Part shown: positions 32,324 to 42,965 of the stretch, one piece after another
How the letters are laid out: each line of letters opens with the position of its first letter
How positions within the stretch are numbered: the first letter of the stretch is position 1
Assembly (NCBI GenBank): GCA_965224085.1
Contig: CBDCYI010000005.1
Coordinates: 1,824,001-1,888,000, forward strand
DNA length: 64,000 bases
Origin: Candidatus Marinacidobacterales bacterium
Lineage (GTDB): Bacteria > Acidobacteriota > Vicinamibacteria > Marinacidobacterales > SMYC01
Direction of reading: 5' to 3'
The notes under the pieces: generated by a model
Database searches by the model: none
What the model saw: only the letters and a program-made list of their open reading frames with translations
What the model was told of the DNA's origin: nothing
Translations under genes and position numbers: made by a program

Positions 32324-34573
32324 TCATTCTTCGACGATGCGCGCGTGGCAGGCGTGCGTAGCCTCGATGAACAGTTGCGCTTCCTCGATAAGGTGGTGCG
32401 CGTCGTCGGCGCTCAGACGGTCGAGCTCCTCTTCGTGGGCTCTGAACAGGTAGTGGGCGAACTTACCCTTTGCGAAGCGGTCGAAAAAAAGCCCGGTGTC
32501 GTAGAATCGACTTCGGAACTCGCCCACAATCCGCGCTGGCTCTCCGTTGTTGTCCGTGGTCTGGGTGTGCACCAGCGCTGCCGCCGCCGAAACCATGGCG
32601 TCGTACGCGCCCTCGGCCGCGCCACACGCATCACCACCCTCGAGTTTGAGCTGGGCCTCGAAGACGAGCCTTTCGCTCGCCGCGACCTCGAACGCGAACC
32701 GGGAGACGAGTTCACCCGCACACTCACCGCGCCCCATGTCCCCGATCGTGAACTCGCGCGGATCGCCCCAGTCGGAATAGAGAATCGAGTCTTCCTCGTA
32801 ACTGGGAACGACCATCAAGTCTTCGATTAGAGCGCGCACTTTTGCTTTACCCATGCTCCGAATCAACGCGGAGAACGTTTGCCCCGGCTGCGTCTCTCGC
32901 CGGTAGAGATCCGTGAGCCTCGTGACGACCTCAGGAATACGTTTCGACGGCACCGCCCCAATGGCCAGCCCGAACGATTTCGCGTTCTCGGTCCACTGGC
33001 CACCGAGAACGACCTGGAAGTGCGGGACCGTTCTTCCTTCGACCTGTCGACTGACTCCGTAAAAGCCGATGTCGGCAACGTGGTGCTGCCCGCACGAGTT
33101 GAAACATCCGCTCACTTTGATGTGAAGATCCTTCACGGCTTTATCGGAGGCGAGGTTCTGCCCCAGGAGACGGCTTCTGAGCTCGCCAGCGAGACCGCGC
33201 GATGACGCGATGCCGAGCTTGCAGGTATCGGTCCCGGGGCACGCGGTGACGTCGACGATCGTGCCGCCGCCGGGTTGACCGAGCCCGATCGATTCGAGCC
33301 GGGCGAAAAGCTCCGGAAGGTGCGCTTGTGCGATGAAGCGCAGCACGAAGTTTTGGTCCACGGTGGTGCGGAGGGGGTCGCCGCTGAGCCGGCGCGCAAT
33401 GTCGGCTAGCGCTCTTGCTTGGAACGCCGAGATGTCCCCGAGGGGGAGGGTGACGAGGGCTGCGGCGTAGCCCTCCTGGCGTTGAGGACGAACGTTCGTG
33501 GCCTTCCATGCGTCGAACTCTGCCGGCGCGTTCGCCTTGTCTCCGTCCGCCGTTAACGGCACCATCGTCGCGTTCTCGCCATCGTCGTCGCGCGCGTTCG
33601 AGTATTCCGTCCAGCGAGGATCCTGTGGCAATTGCTTCCGCTCTTCGAGGACGAGACGCCGGAGCTCTTCGATTCCCAGCTTGCCGACGAGAAACTTAAG
33701 GCGGGCCCGTGCGCGGTTCTTCTTCTCCCCGAGCCTGGCGAAAACGCGGCAGATAGCTTGGGCGGTGGGAAGGAGCTCCTCCTCGGGAAGGAACGGCTCG
33801 AACAGCTTCGCGGGATAAGGAACGGCGCCGAGACCGCCCCCGACATAGAGCTCGAATCCGCGGCGCGTGCGGCCTTCGCCGGTTCGGGTTCGGGCGATGA
33901 AGCCGAGATCGTGAAACGTCGTGAGTCCGCAAGGCTCGTCCTTGCAGCCGGAAAAAGCAATCTTGAACTTGCGACCGAAGTCCTGCGCGTCCGGATGACC
34001 GAGCAGAAAATAGGCCAGCGCCCTCGCGTAGGGTGTGACATCGAACGTTTCACCTTTGCAGACGCCGGCTAAAGGACAAGCGGTCACGTTCCGCACCGAG
34101 TTGCCACAGGCCTCGCGTGTCGTGATACCAACTGCGGCAAGACGCCGCATGACGTCGGGCGTATCCTCGATATGAACATAGTGAAGCTGGAAGTCCTGGC
34201 GCGTCGTGACGTGAAGCACACCGACGGAGTACTCTTCGGCGAGTTCTGCCAAGACGTCGAGCTGATCCGGTGTGATTCTCCCGAACGGTATCTTGATCCG
34301 CTGCATCCCGGGTGCGTCCCAAAGCGTTTGCGGGCCCTTGGTGAGCTCCCCGGACGGGTAGCCGAGCACGCGTGGCCGGTTGCCGTCATGGCGCTGGCCG
34401 TTGTCGTAGCGTTGCCCATAGACGCCGCGTCGCAGCCGGCTTTCGGCGAAGAGCTTCTCATTGAGCTTGTCTTGCCGGCGAAGCTCGAGCTCCGTCTCAT
34501 AGATGTCGATCTCACGCCCGAGCGCGGCCGGGATACGGCTCTCGAGCTGTTCTCTCCAGGTCGGGATACTCAT
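32324..34573 (-). CDS. Siroheme-dependent sulfite/nitrite reductase with C-terminal extension
   Basis: RLRRGVYGQR, VTTRQDFQLH, ACGNSVRNV, RKFKIAFSGC, ACPGTDTC, SGCFNSCGQH; RBS GGAG before ATG 34573. Confidence 0.92.
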   Translation of the reverse strand: MSIPTWREQLESRIPAALGREIDIYETELELRRQDKLNEKLFAESRLRRGVYGQRYDNGQRHDGNRPRVLGYPSGELTKGPQTLWDAPGMQRIKIPFGRITPDQLDVLAELAEEYSVGVLHVTTRQDFQLHYVHIEDTPDVMRRLAAVGITTREACGNSVRNVTACPLAGVCKGETFDVTPYARALAYFLLGHPDAQDFGRKFKIAFSGCKDEPCGLTTFHDLGFIARTRTGEGRTRRGFELYVGGGLGAVPYPAKLFEPFLPEEELLPTAQAICRVFARLGEKKNRARARLKFLVGKLGIEELRRLVLEERKQLPQDPRWTEYSNARDDDGENATMVPLTADGDKANAPAEFDAWKATNVRPQRQEGYAAALVTLPLGDISAFQARALADIARRLSGDPLRTTVDQNFVLRFIAQAHLPELFARLESIGLGQPGGGTIVDVTACPGTDTCKLGIASSRGLAGELRSRLLGQNLASDKAVKDLHIKVSGCFNSCGQHHVADIGFYGVSRQVEGRTVPHFQVVLGGQWTENAKSFGLAIGAVPSKRIPEVVTRLTDLYRRETQPGQTFSALIRSMGKAKVRALIEDLMVVPSYEEDSILYSDWGDPREFTIGDMGRGECAGELVSRFAFEVAASERLVFEAQLKLEGGDACGAAEGAYDAMVSAAAALVHTQTTDNNGEPARIVGEFRSRFYDTGLFFDRFAKGKFAHYLFRAHEEELDRLSADDAHHLIEEAQLFIEATHACHARIVEE

Positions 34574-35120
34574 GCAAGAACTCCTTTTGATGAGACATGC
34601 CCTTTCGATATGGGCTCGGCGAGGCGCACGACGTCTCCAATGACGATCACGCCGGGTGCGCCGGGGAGAGGCACGGCAACGCGGGAGAGCGCCGCGATCG
34701 TTCCGGTCCACACGGCGGCTTCGGGGGAGGAAGCGTTACAAGTGATAGCGGCCGGGGTCGTTTGGCTCCAGCCGCGCTCGATCAAACACCTGGCGAGCGT
34801 CGCCCGAGTCGCCAAGCCCATCAGCACGACGAGCGTCGCTCGGTGAGGGGTTACCGAGTCGAGTACTTCGACGAGAGCTTCCGTGCTGTGGCCCGACAGC
34901 ACGACGAACGCCGAGGTGACGCCGCGGTGCGTCAACGGCACCCCGGCGAGCGCGGGCGCCGCGAGCGCCGAGCTGATGCCGGGAACGATCTCGTAGGCTA
35001 CGCCCCGCTTCGCCGAGAGCGAGTGCTTCCTCACCGCCTCGACCAAAAACGAACGGGTCACCACCCTTCAGGCGAACGACACGGTCGCCTCCGCGGGCGA
35101 GATGGATCATGAGCTGATGG
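34570..35120 (-). pseudogene. Uroporphyrinogen-III C-methyltransferase domain (CysG/CobA), 5' part lost, frameshifted
   Basis: [18 protein letters not shown] then [22 protein letters not shown]. Confidence 0.85.
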
Positions 35121-35563
35121 ATGGCTCTCTACGCCGCCTTTGACACGAAGACGGGGGAAGTTTTTGGCAAGACCGTCCGCCGACATACCAGCCAGGAGTT
35201 TGTCGCCTTCTTGGAGCAGCTGGTGCGAGCCACAAGCGAAAGCGTGAAATTCACGTCATCCTCGACAATCTCTCGGCCCACAAAACTGCCAAGGTCACCG
35301 AGTTCCTCCAGGCCAATCCGAAACTCCAATTGCACTTCACACCCACCTACTCCTCCTGGCTGAACAAAGTCGAGCCCTGGTTCTCCAAGATCGAGCGCGA
35401 CCTGATCCATCGAGGAGTGTTCACCTCCACCAAAGACCTAACCCGCAAGATCATGCGCTACATTCGCAAGTACAACAAAGACCCTAAGCCCGTGAAGTGG
35501 ACCTACAACGATCCGTCACGGCGCATCAAAACTACTAAACGTTCAGCTGTTACAGTCCACTAG
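35121..35563 (+). mobile_element. IS630-family remnant (3' part)
   Basis: [32 protein letters not shown]; ends ACAGTCCACTAG. Confidence 0.85.
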
Positions 35564-36019
35564 TTGCCGCCACCGCCCGAGGTCGCGAGGGAGGAGCGCA
35601 TCGAGACCCTCGCGCAGCAGCCGAGACAATGCAGGCGCCGACCCATCCGTCGAGATACTCAAAGTGACACCCGAGCGGCGGAGAACAGCACCGGCGTAGG
35701 CGCTGCAAGATGCCTTGTCGTCCACGGCGATCACGAACTGATGCCGTCTCTCGGCGCCCGTCGCGACGAGGCGATTGATCTTCGGCGTTGCCGCAGCCAT
35801 CACGAGCCAAGCATCGTCGAGATCGTGAAAGTAGAAGGCGCGAAGACGCACGGTCAGGTTCGGGTGGGTCCAGAAAAAGCCCACCGACGGGGCGACAAGG
35901 GTGACCCGCGCCCCTGCGTCCAGAAGGCCTCTCGTCTTGGACTCCGCCACGGTGCCGCCGCCGCCGACAAGGATGTCGCGTCCGTCGAGGCCTAGAAAAA
36001 CCGGAAACATTGCCGGCAT
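35564..36019 (-). pseudogene. cysG: Siroheme synthase N-terminal dehydrogenase/chelatase part, cut by IS630
   Basis: MFPVFLGLDGRDILVGGGGTVAESK, ISTDGSAPALSRLLRE; RBS AGGAG. Confidence 0.82.
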
Positions 36020-36031
36020 GATCTTGCTCCT

Positions 36032-36074
36032 AAAATGAAAAAGGCCCAGCTCCCGAAAAGGGGAAGCTGGGCCT
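36032..36074 (-). terminator. Intrinsic terminator (attenuator) in the cysG leader
   Basis: Minus strand AGGCCCAGCTTCCCC-TTTTC-GGGAGCTGGGCC followed by TTTTTCATTTT, just upstream of the cysG RBS. Confidence 0.85.
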
Positions 36075-36097
36075 CAATCGCCGCGTCGATAACCGAT

Positions 36098-36226
36098 CTA
36101 CATAATTACCTGAAAGCTCGGGCTTGTCGCCTGGTCGCCCAGCGTCGCCCCGATACGATGCAGCAATTCCTCGAAAGGCCCAGTCCCACTGGGCCTGTTA
36201 CACTCGCAACCAAAGAAAATTGCCAT
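36098..36226 (-). CDS. Putative 42-aa Cys-containing leader peptide
   Basis: Manual translation MAIFFGCECNRPSGTGPFEELLHRIGATLGDQATSPSFQVIM*; GAGAG 7 nt before ATG; lies between a promoter and a terminator. Confidence 0.7.
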   Translation of the reverse strand: MAIFFGCECNRPSGTGPFEELLHRIGATLGDQATSPSFQVIM

Positions 36227-36251
36227 CGCCAAACTCTCGAATCAGAGATCC

Positions 36252-36280
36252 AATATGACCGAATGCATCGGCGTTGTCAA
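36252..36280 (-). promoter_or_regulatory. Sigma70-type promoter
   Basis: TTGACA (36280-36275), 17-nt spacer, CATATT (36257-36252). Confidence 0.65.
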
Positions 36281-36291
36281 GATACCGCCCT

Positions 36292-37854
36292 CTATTCTTG
36301 AATATAGCCGAGTGCCTTGAGCTGCTCGATGGCCGCCGGGTCGAGACCTTCGAGCTCGCCTTGTTCCCCGGCTGTGTTGGCGTCGCGGGCCGGATCTCCT
36401 TCCACCCAAGCGCGAAGTATCGGCACGAGCCTAAAAGCCTCACCGGGAAGCTCGTCGTAGAGGTTTCGGGACTCTTCTGGATCGCTCACGATGTCGTAGA
36501 GCTCGTAGCGGTCGCCATCGGGATGGGGGATCTTGATGAGCTTCCAGCGCTCGGTGCGAAGGCTCCGCCACTTGCCGCGGATGCCTTCGAAGTAGATGCG
36601 CTCCTGCTCCGGGAACATGCGGCGCTTCGGAGCGCTCTCCGCGAAAGCGCTCAGAAACGGCAGACTCCCGCCTTCGAGTAGGGGCGCGAGGCTGGTCGCT
36701 TCGACGCCGTCGAAAGGATCGAGCTCCGCGAGCTCGAGAAGCGTCGGCCCGACGTCCATGAGGCGGACTTGCTGCTCAATTTCGGTGCCGGGCTCGATCA
36801 CGCCCGGGTAGCGGATCACGAGCGGCACGCGCAGGACTTCATCGTAGAGCACGAAGTCGTGGGTGAAGGAAAGGCCGTGCTCGCCCAACGCTTCTCCGTG
36901 GTCGGCGGTGACGGCAACAACGGTCGACGCTTCGAGCTCGAGCGCGTCGAGCGCGTTCAGGATCCTGGCGAGGTTGTCGTCCGTATAGGCGATCGCGCCG
37001 TCGTAGAGATCGCGCACTTCGCGAACGTCGTTCTCTCGGTAGCTCCCGTCGTCGAAGAAGATGCTCCCACGCGAGCGCCGCCAAAAGGCGAGATCGAGAA
37101 GGATGGAGTTTTTGGCGTAGTAGGGAAAGACGAGGTCGTAATAGGGGCCACCGGAAATGTCCGCATAAGGTGTTGGCTGGTAGCTCGCGCGATCGAGTTC
37201 CATCATGGCGCGTAGATGCTTGACACGCCCGTCCGCGGCGTATGCTTCGTGGAAGAGCACTGCATACGGGTAGGCCGGCGTATAAGGAAGATGGGGGTCC
37301 AGAAAGTGGAGCCAGAGGAAAAACGGCTTTTCGGGATCCCGCGCTTCGAGCCAATCAGTCGCGGCGAGCGAGAGGCTCCGCGCGTCCAGTCCCGCGGCGA
37401 ACTTGTTGTTGTGATACGCGTCGAAGCCTTGGTCGAGCCCCGAATTTCGGCGCAGCCACGTGTGCCGCGTCATCGCCGCCGTTTGATAGCCCGCTTCGTG
37501 GAAACGCTCGGCGAGGGTCTCGATCTCGGTCGCGAGTGTTGCGGGGTGGTTCCGCACACCATGATGGGGCGGCGTCCGTCCCGTCATCAGTGAAGTCACC
37601 GAAGGCAGCGTGAAGGGGGCTTGAGCGATGGTCGTCGCGAAACGTGCGCCTTCGGCTGCCAAACGATCGAGGTTCGGCGTCGTGTTCCGCGAGTAGCCGT
37701 AGCTTCCGACGTGATCGGCCCTGAGCGTCTCGATGGTGACGAGCAGAACATTTGGCTGCGCCCGATGCATGGAGGTCGCGGCGCTTTCTTCCGACCGCGG
37801 TTCGCATGCGGCCGCGAGGAGAGCTAAAAGAAGGACGAGCCGGGGGAAGCTCAA
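36292..37854 (-). CDS. Sulfatase-family lipoprotein
   Basis: Lipobox LAAAC, PNVLLVTIETLRADH, TTPNLD, LHFLDPHLPY, TADHGE, LRVPLVI; probable TTG start. Confidence 0.85.
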   Translation of the reverse strand: MSFPRLVLLLALLAAACEPRSEESAATSMHRAQPNVLLVTIETLRADHVGSYGYSRNTTPNLDRLAAEGARFATTIAQAPFTLPSVTSLMTGRTPPHHGVRNHPATLATEIETLAERFHEAGYQTAAMTRHTWLRRNSGLDQGFDAYHNNKFAAGLDARSLSLAATDWLEARDPEKPFFLWLHFLDPHLPYTPAYPYAVLFHEAYAADGRVKHLRAMMELDRASYQPTPYADISGGPYYDLVFPYYAKNSILLDLAFWRRSRGSIFFDDGSYRENDVREVRDLYDGAIAYTDDNLARILNALDALELEASTVVAVTADHGEALGEHGLSFTHDFVLYDEVLRVPLVIRYPGVIEPGTEIEQQVRLMDVGPTLLELAELDPFDGVEATSLAPLLEGGSLPFLSAFAESAPKRRMFPEQERIYFEGIRGKWRSLRTERWKLIKIPHPDGDRYELYDIVSDPEESRNLYDELPGEAFRLVPILRAWVEGDPARDANTAGEQGELEGLDPAAIEQLKALGYIQE

Positions 37855-37861
37855 AGAAACG

Positions 37862-40354
37862 TCAGGTGTTGTGCCCCCGCCCCGACGCGGGAATGGGTTG
37901 CGAGGCGAGCGCGACCGCGGTGACGACGCTGTCGTCCTGGAGCGAGATGAGAACGTGGTCGCCCTTTTTGATGTCACCGCTGATGAGCTGTTGGGCGAGG
38001 ATGTTCTCGAGCTGTGCTTCCATCGCACGGCGTAGAGGTCTTGCACCATAGACGGGATCATAACCGTCAGCGGCGAGTTTATCCTTCACCGCGTCCGTGA
38101 CTTGAATCGCTAAGTTCTGCTCCGCGAGGCGCTCGTTCAAATCATCGAGCGACAGGTCGACGATCTGGCGGATGTGCTCCCTATCGAGTTGATGGAACAC
38201 GATCAGGTCGTCGATGCGGTTCAGAAGCTCTGGCCTGAAGACCGTTTTGACCTCGCGCATCACACGGTCTTTGATCTCTTCGTACCTTCGTGAGGAGACC
38301 GGGCTCGAAAAACCGATGCCGGCAGATTCGCGTGTGACGTCCTCGCTGCCGATGTTAGACGTGGCGATGATGATCGTGTTGACGAAGCTGACCGTGCGTC
38401 CTTGCGCGTCCGTCAAACGACCGTCTTCCAGAATCTGCAGCATCATGTGATAAACGTCGGGATGCGCCTTCTCGAACTCGTCGAGAAGGATCACGCTGTA
38501 CGGGTTGCGCCTGACTTGCTCGGTGAGCTGCCCGCCTTCGCCGTAGCCGATATAGCCTGGAGGCGAGCCGATCATCTTGGAGACCGAGTGGCGCTCCATG
38601 TACTCGCTCATGTCGAGCCGGATGAGCCGCTCTTCGTCGTCGAGCAAAAATTGCGCGAGCGCTTTGGCGAGCTCCGTCTTCCCTACGCCCGTGGGTCCAA
38701 GAAAAATGAACGATCCGATCGGTCGCTTGCGGCCCTTGAGGCCCGCGCGATTTCGCCTTATGGCGTCGGAGACCGCGTGGACAGCGTTCTCCTGGCCGAC
38801 GATGCGTTGGTGGATGTTGTCTTCCATCCGCGTGAGCTTTTGCGCTTCGGATTCGAGCATACGCGTGACAGGAATGCCCGCCCAGCCTTGCACGACGCGT
38901 GCGATGTCCTCGGTCTCGACTGTCGCATCCTGTGGATCGCGGCTTTCGCGCCATGTTTTCATCATTTGTTTGAGGTCGCCCTCCAGTCGCATGATGTTTT
39001 GCTGGCAGACGGCCGCTCGCTCGTAATCCTGTGATTGGTAGGCCTCTCGTTGCTGCGAGATCAGCTTGTCCCGATCGCGCTTGGCGCGACGGACCTCGGG
39101 CGGCGCATAGACGAGCTCGAGATGTTTGCGCGAGCCCGCTTCATCCAGAAGATCGATCGCTTTGTCGGGAAGGAATCGGTCCGCGATATAGCGCTCCGCT
39201 AGCTTGGCCGCGGAATCGACGGCGTCGTTGCTGAAGCTGACGTTGTGATGGACCTCGTAGTGTCGCTGAAGGCCTTTCAGGATGCGCACCGTGTCCGAAA
39301 CCGTTGGCTCTTTGATCATGATGCTCTGGAACCGGCGCTCGAGTGCTTTGTCCTTCTCGATGTGTTTCTTGTAATCCTCGAGCGTGGTGGCGCCGATGCA
39401 GCGGAGCTGCCCGCGCGCCAGCGCGCTCTTCAGCATGTTGGACGCGTCGAGGCCGCCTTCGACATTGCCGGCGCCGACGACGGTGTGGAGCTCATCGATG
39501 AAGAGGATGACGCGCCCCTGCGCCGCGAGGACCTCCTCCTTGATGGTCTTGAGCCGTTCTTCGAACTCACCACGAAACTTAGAGCCGGAGACCACTTCGC
39601 TCATCTCGAGAAGCAGAACGCGCTTATTGGCGAGCGTGTCGGGAACTTCGGCGGTCACGATGCGCTGGGCGAGACCTTCGACGATGACCGTTTTGCCGAC
39701 GCCGGGCTCGCCGATGAGCACCGGGTTGTTCTTCTTACGACGCAACAGGATCTGGATGAGGCGATGGATCTCTTCCTCACGACCGATGACAGGGTCGAGC
39801 GAGCCTTTGCGGGCGAGCTCGGTGAGGTCCGTCGTGTACTTTTTGAGCGTCTCGAGCTTCGTGTCGCCACGCTTGTCGTCGACGGTCCGGCTTCCACGCT
39901 GCCGGAGATAGGCGTCTTTCGTGCGCTCGTAGCGGAAGCCGAGGTCGCGCAGGATGCGCGCCGAGAGACCCGCGGGTTCGCGATGGAGCGCTAAGAGCAT
40001 AGCGCCGACACCGACGAAGCGGTCTCCCAAATTGTCGGCTTCCTCTTTCGCCATACGGAGCACTTCTGCTGTCTGTGGCGAGACGAGGATTTGGAGCGAG
40101 CCTTCACGGCGCAATTTCAGCTTGTTGCGTTGGGCCGAGAGGATCAGGTCGACGATGGACTGTTTCGTCTCATCCGCCGAGTGACCGAGATCCCCCACCA
40201 GACGTATCGTCTCGGAGTTGTCTTGCTCTAGAAGCCCGAGAAGGATGAATTCTGGCGTGAGCTCGTTCTGCCTCAGGTTGACGAGCTCCATGGAGCCGAT
40301 ATTGACGGCCTCGATCACACGCTCCGTGCAATGACGAAAGAGGACATTGTTCAT
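37862..40354 (-). CDS. clpC: ATP-dependent Clp protease ATP-binding subunit
   Basis: Clp-N repeats, [18 protein letters not shown]-like middle domain, [24 protein letters not shown]. Confidence 0.9.
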   Translation of the reverse strand: MNNVLFRHCTERVIEAVNIGSMELVNLRQNELTPEFILLGLLEQDNSETIRLVGDLGHSADETKQSIVDLILSAQRNKLKLRREGSLQILVSPQTAEVLRMAKEEADNLGDRFVGVGAMLLALHREPAGLSARILRDLGFRYERTKDAYLRQRGSRTVDDKRGDTKLETLKKYTTDLTELARKGSLDPVIGREEEIHRLIQILLRRKKNNPVLIGEPGVGKTVIVEGLAQRIVTAEVPDTLANKRVLLLEMSEVVSGSKFRGEFEERLKTIKEEVLAAQGRVILFIDELHTVVGAGNVEGGLDASNMLKSALARGQLRCIGATTLEDYKKHIEKDKALERRFQSIMIKEPTVSDTVRILKGLQRHYEVHHNVSFSNDAVDSAAKLAERYIADRFLPDKAIDLLDEAGSRKHLELVYAPPEVRRAKRDRDKLISQQREAYQSQDYERAAVCQQNIMRLEGDLKQMMKTWRESRDPQDATVETEDIARVVQGWAGIPVTRMLESEAQKLTRMEDNIHQRIVGQENAVHAVSDAIRRNRAGLKGRKRPIGSFIFLGPTGVGKTELAKALAQFLLDDEERLIRLDMSEYMERHSVSKMIGSPPGYIGYGEGGQLTEQVRRNPYSVILLDEFEKAHPDVYHMMLQILEDGRLTDAQGRTVSFVNTIIIATSNIGSEDVTRESAGIGFSSPVSSRRYEEIKDRVMREVKTVFRPELLNRIDDLIVFHQLDREHIRQIVDLSLDDLNERLAEQNLAIQVTDAVKDKLAADGYDPVYGARPLRRAMEAQLENILAQQLISGDIKKGDHVLISLQDDSVVTAVALASQPIPASGRGHNT

Positions 40355-40506
40355 AGAGATCCCCTATAAATTGGGCAGCCGGATGAGGAGAAGCGCCGAG
40401 CGAAGCATAACACAAACTTGAATTAATAGCGGTTTGCAGGAATCGAGCGAAGCACGGCGTTACGCGAGGCACGATGCTTGTAGAGCGAGCATTCGTGCAA
40501 ACCGTA

Positions 40507-41936
40507 ATTGAACTAAGCCGCCCAGCTAGCGGCAACTATGCATAAATTGGAGTGAGAAGACGGTCGGACAGGAAGTCGGAGTTGGACGTCAGGGAGTTGC
40601 GAATCGACAGAGATATGGCGGGGAAGATAGAAGAAGGGCCTACCCGGTGCGGTAACCACCACGGTAGCGTTATGAGTTCGCGACGAGACACACGAGTCCG
40701 TTTCAACGACCGGTCGGCGTTGTGAGAGGCGGAGCGAAAGCATCGTGATCATGACTCATCTGGAGGGGAGCGGATCTGGAGGTTGATCCGTCGAAGCTTC
40801 GTGGAGAGAGGGCATCGGAGCATGCGACCTTTCTTGCAGCGGGGACAGATGGTGAGGTCGATGCCGGTGAGCTCCTTGAGCCGCTCGCGCCAGTCCTTGT
40901 CCTCGGTGGCACGCGAGCTGACTTGCACGTCGTCGGCGTCGGTCGTGGGTTTTGTTTTCTCATCGAGCAACTGGCGCGCGACTACGAGCTTGGTGGTCGC
41001 ATTGGAGGAGGCCATTAAGCCGAAATGGCGAATCTTGACGAAACCTTTCGGCAGTACGTGCAGGAGGAAACGGCGGATAAATTCCTCTGGGGGGACGGTA
41101 ACGGTATTACCATTCTTGGTGGCGAAGCAGACGCCGTAGTGGTCGATGCGAATGAGTCGGCGGTTGGAGATGCCGACCCGGTGGGTATATCGGCCGAGGT
41201 AGTTGAAAACCTGCTCTGGGCCACCGAAGGGTCGTTTGCTGTAAACGACCCAATCGATGCGGTAGAGCTTGTCTTTCAGCTCCCGGAAGCGAGGTGGGTT
41301 TCTGAGGTGGGAAGCGTTTGCGCTCAACTCAAGCTCATCTTGGTCGTAAGCGAGCCTAAGGGCATCGAGAAACTTGCTGCGAAAAAGCCGCGACATGGCC
41401 TTGACGGGAAACAGAAAGCGAGGGTTTGCGGCGTTCCACAGCTGCTGAGGGTGGTTGAGCCCGCCCCCGGAGACGATGCAATGCAGGTGTGGATGGAACA
41501 GGAGCTTCCGGGTCCAGGTGTGCAGTACGGCGGTGAAGGCAAGTTGAGCTTCGAGCCGGCTTTGGCCGAACTCCAATAGAGTTCGCGAGGCGGCGCGAAA
41601 CAGGAGGTTGAACATGAACTTGGGATTGTCTCGGGCGAGAGGCTTGAGTTGCTGCGGGAGGGTGAAAACGACGTGGAAATAGTGAGTCGGAAGAATCCTC
41701 TGAGCTCGCTGCTCCATCCACTTCGCCTGGGCTAGGCTCTGACACTTGGGACAGTGCCGATTGCGGCACGAGTTAAACGAAGGCGCCGCGTATCCGCAAG
41801 CGTTACACACGTCGAGATGGCCACCTAGCACCGCCGTGCGACAGTTCTCTATAGCCCACATCACCTTGCGCTGCTCGGCTGTCAGCGCATGGGTTTGGCG
41901 AAAGCGTGGACCATGTTCGCGGAAGATTTCCGCGAT
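40507..41936 (-). mobile_element. IS91-family element, 5' end truncated; transposase 40749 to ~41936
   Basis: CRTAVLGGH, NSCRNRHCPKC, HVVFTLP, LHTW..HPHLHC, YLGRYTHR, FLLHVLPKGFVKIRHFG; hairpin and GGCTTAGTTCAA end near 40507. Confidence 0.88.
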
Positions 41937-42259
41937 CTAGGCGGTTCGCTATGACCTTCACTTCGGTAGAGACAACGTCCAATTCTCCGGAAACGTGCCC
42001 AGTATAGAGTCGATTGAATTTCTCGGAAATGTCAACCAGCGTAATAGATTTTTGGGCCAATTCATCAGGCAGAAGGGAGATGTCAACCGTCGAGGTATGG
42101 AACACCTTCTTCAAACTCTTACGCAGATACAATTTCGTAATCTACTTAAACCGCTATACCGAGACGCTCATTACTTGCCAGCTGATCGGCGCCGGCATTA
42201 TGCACAGCCATAAAATGGCTGTGAGCACCTTCCTCCTGAACGCTACGAAGGCAGCGTTG

Positions 42260-42760
42260 CGTCAACCGCCAGCAGCAGGATGTGATTGATTACCTGCGAG
42301 AGGAGAACCGTGTGCTCCGAGCCGGGCTTCGGGGCAAGCGTCTCAGGCTCCTTAGCACCGGCGATGTTGGGTCGAGCCAGTCGTCGAAACGGTCGGGAGC
42401 GATGATTGCAGGCTGTCGATGGTGAATGCCGGCAAGCTCTGGAGAGGCCGTCGTCGTGATGATGGTGAAGGATTCGAGGGAGTTGTTGCCCTGACCTTAC
42501 CGTCCGGCTGCGCGCTCGAAGGTGCTTCCGCAGTCAAGTGTTGGTGGCCGCCGCGTAACCTATTCATGTGCTAGAGTTTCGCCTGATTTCGAGAGGCGCA
42601 GTTCTTTCGTCGATGCCGGCTGGGCCGAGTTTTGGCACAGGACGGGATGGCTCGGACGGCACTCGAACGTATCTACTCAGGCAGCCGCACGATAGTAATA
42701 ACGAAGTAGTAGGCCGCCGAATCGCTCGCGGCACTCGACGCTGTGCCCATCCGCGTCCTG
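42260..42760. mobile_element. Scrambled fragments of the integrase-core transposon (5' piece, 3' piece, end motif)
   Basis: Matches to the 56110-56200 region; a ..RYYYRAAA* tail; GAGTTTTGGCACAGGACG near 42627. Confidence 0.7.
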
Positions 42761-42965
42761 GGGGTGCTTCTGCCAACATTTGATTGCGGAAGCACCTGTC
42801 GAAACTCATGACGGAATGTCGGTTGAAGCAGCCAGTGAACTTCATCGGCTCAGAAACGGCAATCGCCAGTTAAAGCGTAGCTATCGATACACCCAAATCG
42901 GATCGCGGCTCTCAGCTTGCTTGCGAATTTCGTGATGGCAATTCTCAAGGCACTCGGATTCTTCC

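Noticed and set aside
36032-36250. SAM-I riboswitch or T-box leader
   Set aside because: I could not find the SAM-I core (ATCAAGAG..GCAACC..GTGC) or the T-box motif (GGTGGNACCGCG) on the minus strand; the leader-ORF model fits better. Rfam was not run.
41940-42230. AT-richer insert with short ORFs
   Set aside because: No recognisable motif in any frame; left unassigned.
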